From positions 352,001 to 416,000 of the forward strand of contig CAVXEP010000012.1 of NCBI GenBank assembly GCA_963760795.1: DNA of 64,000 nt, read 5' to 3'. The notes under the pieces are model-generated. The model had not been told where the DNA came from and ran no database searches. It was given only the letters and a program-made list of their open reading frames with translations. This document shows positions 61,694-64,000 of the stretch, one piece after another (positions within the stretch are counted from its first letter, which is position 1; each line of letters begins with the position of its first letter). Made by a program: the position numbers and the translations under genes. The stretch is from an uncultured delta proteobacterium. Lineage in GTDB: Bacteria; Desulfobacterota; Binatia; UBA9968.

Positions 61694-62650
61694 CTATTTT
61701 GCCCCGAGTTCGCGGGCCACCTCATCGAGCATTTTAAAATTAATCACGCGTGATAACGGCACCGTGCCTTTAATCGCTCCGAGCTGCCGCGATATTTCCA
61801 AGTCTTTTTCCAAAACCTCAGCCGAAGTCCTGCCGTCGGGTGGATAGGCAAGGATTATTTGATCATAGGAGTCCGCCGCCGTCTCCCTGTCGACGTTAAA
61901 CCAATCGACGATGAGTTTGACAACCTCGCTTTTTTTCTCTTTCTGGCGGAGAAAGCCGATGCCTTTCAAAGTCCCCCTTAGCACCCGCTTAAGGGTGTCT
62001 CCGCGCTTCTGAATAAACTCATCCGACGCACCCAGACCACCGAGAGGCATGCGCAAAACATCGCCGTAATAGGCGACTACCTTCAGACCGGCTTTTTTTG
62101 AGACGACCTGCCACGGAACCGGTACGACGGTCGCATCGATTTGCCCGACATGGACCGATTCGATACTGCTCTTATGATCACCGGATACGATCATCGTAAC
62201 GTCCTTATCCGGATCGAGCCGATAATGAGCGAGTAATTCCTTGGTCATCAAGTGAGCCGAGCCTCCGAGCGAATTCAAACCGATGGTCTTTCCTTTCAGT
62301 GCGTTGATCGACGTTACGGCTTCTCTGGCGACCAAGTAATACACCGGGCGATCGGCAATCACAGCCACGCTTTTGATCGGAAGCCCTCTGGCTGCGCCCC
62401 TGATTATAGATCCTTGAACCGTGACAAACTCAACTTGATTATTTACCAACGCAATAATGCTAATATTCGGCGCCATCCTAATCAGCTCAACCCGCAATCC
62501 TTCCTGTGCAAAAAAACCATTTCGAAGCGCGGCGACAATCGGCAGTGTTGTATAGCTCGTCGAGGGATAGCCGATCTTGATCGGTTCCTGCGCCGCTACG
62601 GAATCGACATAGAACAAGAATAATAAAAGGATTGCGCACAGATGTTTCAT
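61694..62650 (-). CDS. SsuA/NMT1-type ABC substrate-binding protein
   Basis: GFFAQEGL.VEL, LKGKTIG, LDPDKDV. Confidence 0.88.
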   Translation of the reverse strand: MKHLCAILLLFLFYVDSVAAQEPIKIGYPSTSYTTLPIVAALRNGFFAQEGLRVELIRMAPNISIIALVNNQVEFVTVQGSIIRGAARGLPIKSVAVIADRPVYYLVAREAVTSINALKGKTIGLNSLGGSAHLMTKELLAHYRLDPDKDVTMIVSGDHKSSIESVHVGQIDATVVPVPWQVVSKKAGLKVVAYYGDVLRMPLGGLGASDEFIQKRGDTLKRVLRGTLKGIGFLRQKEKKSEVVKLIVDWFNVDRETAADSYDQIILAYPPDGRTSAEVLEKDLEISRQLGAIKGTVPLSRVINFKMLDEVARELGAK

Positions 62651-63273
62651 CCGTCACTCGCCTTTCCGCCCGTATAGCGTTGGGTCGGCGGCGAGAAAAT
62701 GTTTTTACCCAGTCTTTCCTCGACGTAGCGCATAAAGCGAAATTTGTTTTCCATTCCAGAGATTGTCTTTGGCGCACCGGCGACTCGCCCGGGTTTTACC
62801 TTGACGACGAAGAAGCGCAAAGCGTCATGACTCAGGGCTGCCTTGAGCTCCGTAACAAAATCTTCGACGCTTGTCTGCACCGTAACCCCTTGGACTCCGG
62901 CTCCCCGCGCGAGTTCCTCGAGCTTGGTTCCCTTGCTGGCCAAGGTAGGCACATTTCCTCCGGCCTCGTAGACGCCGTTATCAAAGACGATGACAAAAAG
63001 GTTTTTCGGTTTTTGGTCCGCCAGCACCGGCAGAATTCCTAGGTTGAGAAGCAGACTGCCGTCGCCGTCTAAAGCGATCACCGTCCGCTCTGGAATCGCC
63101 AACGCGACCCCTAATGCCACCTGACAAACCAATCCAACGCCAGGGGCGTAAATATTCGCTTCTCGATCGGCGGCGGTATACAACTCGTCCTGGATGCCGC
63201 CGCTGTTGCAGACAATAATTTCGTCTTTAAGTTCCCGGACGAGAGCCGCGATATATTCGTGACGTAAATTCAT
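62647..63273 (-). CDS. ThDP-dependent decarboxylase beta subunit (ComE/phosphonopyruvate decarboxylase-like)
   Basis: ALGVALA, DGDGSLLLNLG..DNGVY; start at ATG 63273 overlapping the alpha stop. Confidence 0.88.
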   Translation of the reverse strand: MNLRHEYIAALVRELKDEIIVCNSGGIQDELYTAADREANIYAPGVGLVCQVALGVALAIPERTVIALDGDGSLLLNLGILPVLADQKPKNLFVIVFDNGVYEAGGNVPTLASKGTKLEELARGAGVQGVTVQTSVEDFVTELKAALSHDALRFFVVKVKPGRVAGAPKTISGMENKFRFMRYVEERLGKNIFSPPTQRYTGGKASDG

Positions 63274-63776
63274 ACACCCCCCACGCTGCCGAATCCCAAG
63301 AGTATTGCGGTCGGCAGGAGCGAAGCAGCACTGCTCCGGTCGGCTTTTCTTATAGCTCCGGGGATCTGATCCGCCGAACGCACAACTTCGTAGCTGATAC
63401 CGAGCCCCCGTAACACCGGCTCGGTAACCCGTCCCACGGATGATCCCCACCAATTGCCATCGCCAAAATCTCCCCGGTACGACACAAGCATAAGGGTCGG
63501 GATGCCGAATGTTAGATGGAATCTCGTAAGCGCATAAGTGGAAACGAGCAGGCCGGTATTCTCCATTAGCATGGCGGCTTTTGTCCCTCCCAGCCAAGCC
63601 CCACCACAGATGGCCACTCCGTCGCCTTCGTTAGTGACAGAGACGTGCATCAGATCCGGATCCTGGGCAGCAAGCTGTCCGGTTCCGCCAAGCCAACTGT
63701 CCGGAAGCGATACCACTAGCCGAACTCCGATGCCTTTGAGTGCATCGACGATTTGATTACTGACGTCTGATTTCAT
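63270..63776 (-). CDS. ThDP-dependent decarboxylase alpha subunit (ComD-like)
   Basis: LPDSWL, NEGDGVAICGGAWLGG, MENTG, SYRGDFGD. Confidence 0.88.
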   Translation of the reverse strand: MKSDVSNQIVDALKGIGVRLVVSLPDSWLGGTGQLAAQDPDLMHVSVTNEGDGVAICGGAWLGGTKAAMLMENTGLLVSTYALTRFHLTFGIPTLMLVSYRGDFGDGNWWGSSVGRVTEPVLRGLGISYEVVRSADQIPGAIRKADRSSAASLLPTAILLGFGSVGGV

Positions 63777-63872
63777 TGAACTCCTCTCACAGCGACGGCA
63801 CGCCCGGCGCGCTGACCACTACTAAGATGGCTGCGACGAAACCTATAAGTAAACGTCGGCCACACAGAGATT

Positions 63873-64000
63873 TCACTTGAGCCCCTCTTTTTGCAGGCGA
63901 TCGGAGAACTGGGTGGTGATGAAAGCGTCGAGATTCATGCTTTTGACCTCAGGGTCGGTCTGCGCAAGAAAGTCTCGCACGACTCTTATGCCAGCTACCG
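63873..64000 (-). CDS. 3' end of a probable ABC substrate-binding protein (partial)
   Basis: ..GIRVVRDFLAQTDPEVKSMNLDAFITTQFSDRLQKEGLK*, resembling the C-termini of the other SBPs. Confidence 0.5.
   Translation of the reverse strand, partial: VAGIRVVRDFLAQTDPEVKSMNLDAFITTQFSDRLQKEGLK

Noticed and set aside
62647-63776. Coenzyme M or phosphonate biosynthesis
   Set aside because: No comA/B/C or PEP mutase is in the window; the context is catabolic and the substrate is unknown.

Overview
64 kb of a GC-rich bacterial chromosome. The gene repertoire (orphan Bug/TTT and SsuA-type binding proteins, class III CoA-transferases, many two-component systems) suggests Candidatus Binatia or a similar soil deltaproteobacterium; this is inference only. 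There are three blocks. (1) 1-18 kb: an uncharacterised envelope module (OprB porin, DUF4410, SYLF/YSC84, DUF2950, DUF3300) next to a FixL/FixJ-type two-component set and an AraC regulator, then a lone NRPS-like A-PCP gene and a P4-type integrase scar. (2) 18-42 kb: a general-stress-type island (otsB, csbD, two BON proteins, DUF1328, DUF3185, YtxH, lmo0937, SOD) around a poly-HAMP hybrid kinase, a REC-PAS kinase and a sigma-54 activator. Eight sigma-54 -24/-12 promoters occur in this block, most preceded at nearly constant spacing by a tandem 17-bp motif. This apparent autoregulated sigma-54 stress regulon is the strongest new observation. (3) 42-64 kb: a minus-strand catabolic cluster (split and fused CoA-transferases, MaoC pair, Ltp2-like thiolase-fold protein plus DUF35, crotonase, two motif-less cyclase-family proteins, two DUF3891 proteins, an amidohydrolase, a Mo-hydroxylase, a ComDE-like ThDP decarboxylase). 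Many gene remnants and four single-base frameshifts are present. No rRNA, tRNA or CRISPR array was recognised. All family calls are by eye, with no database search.
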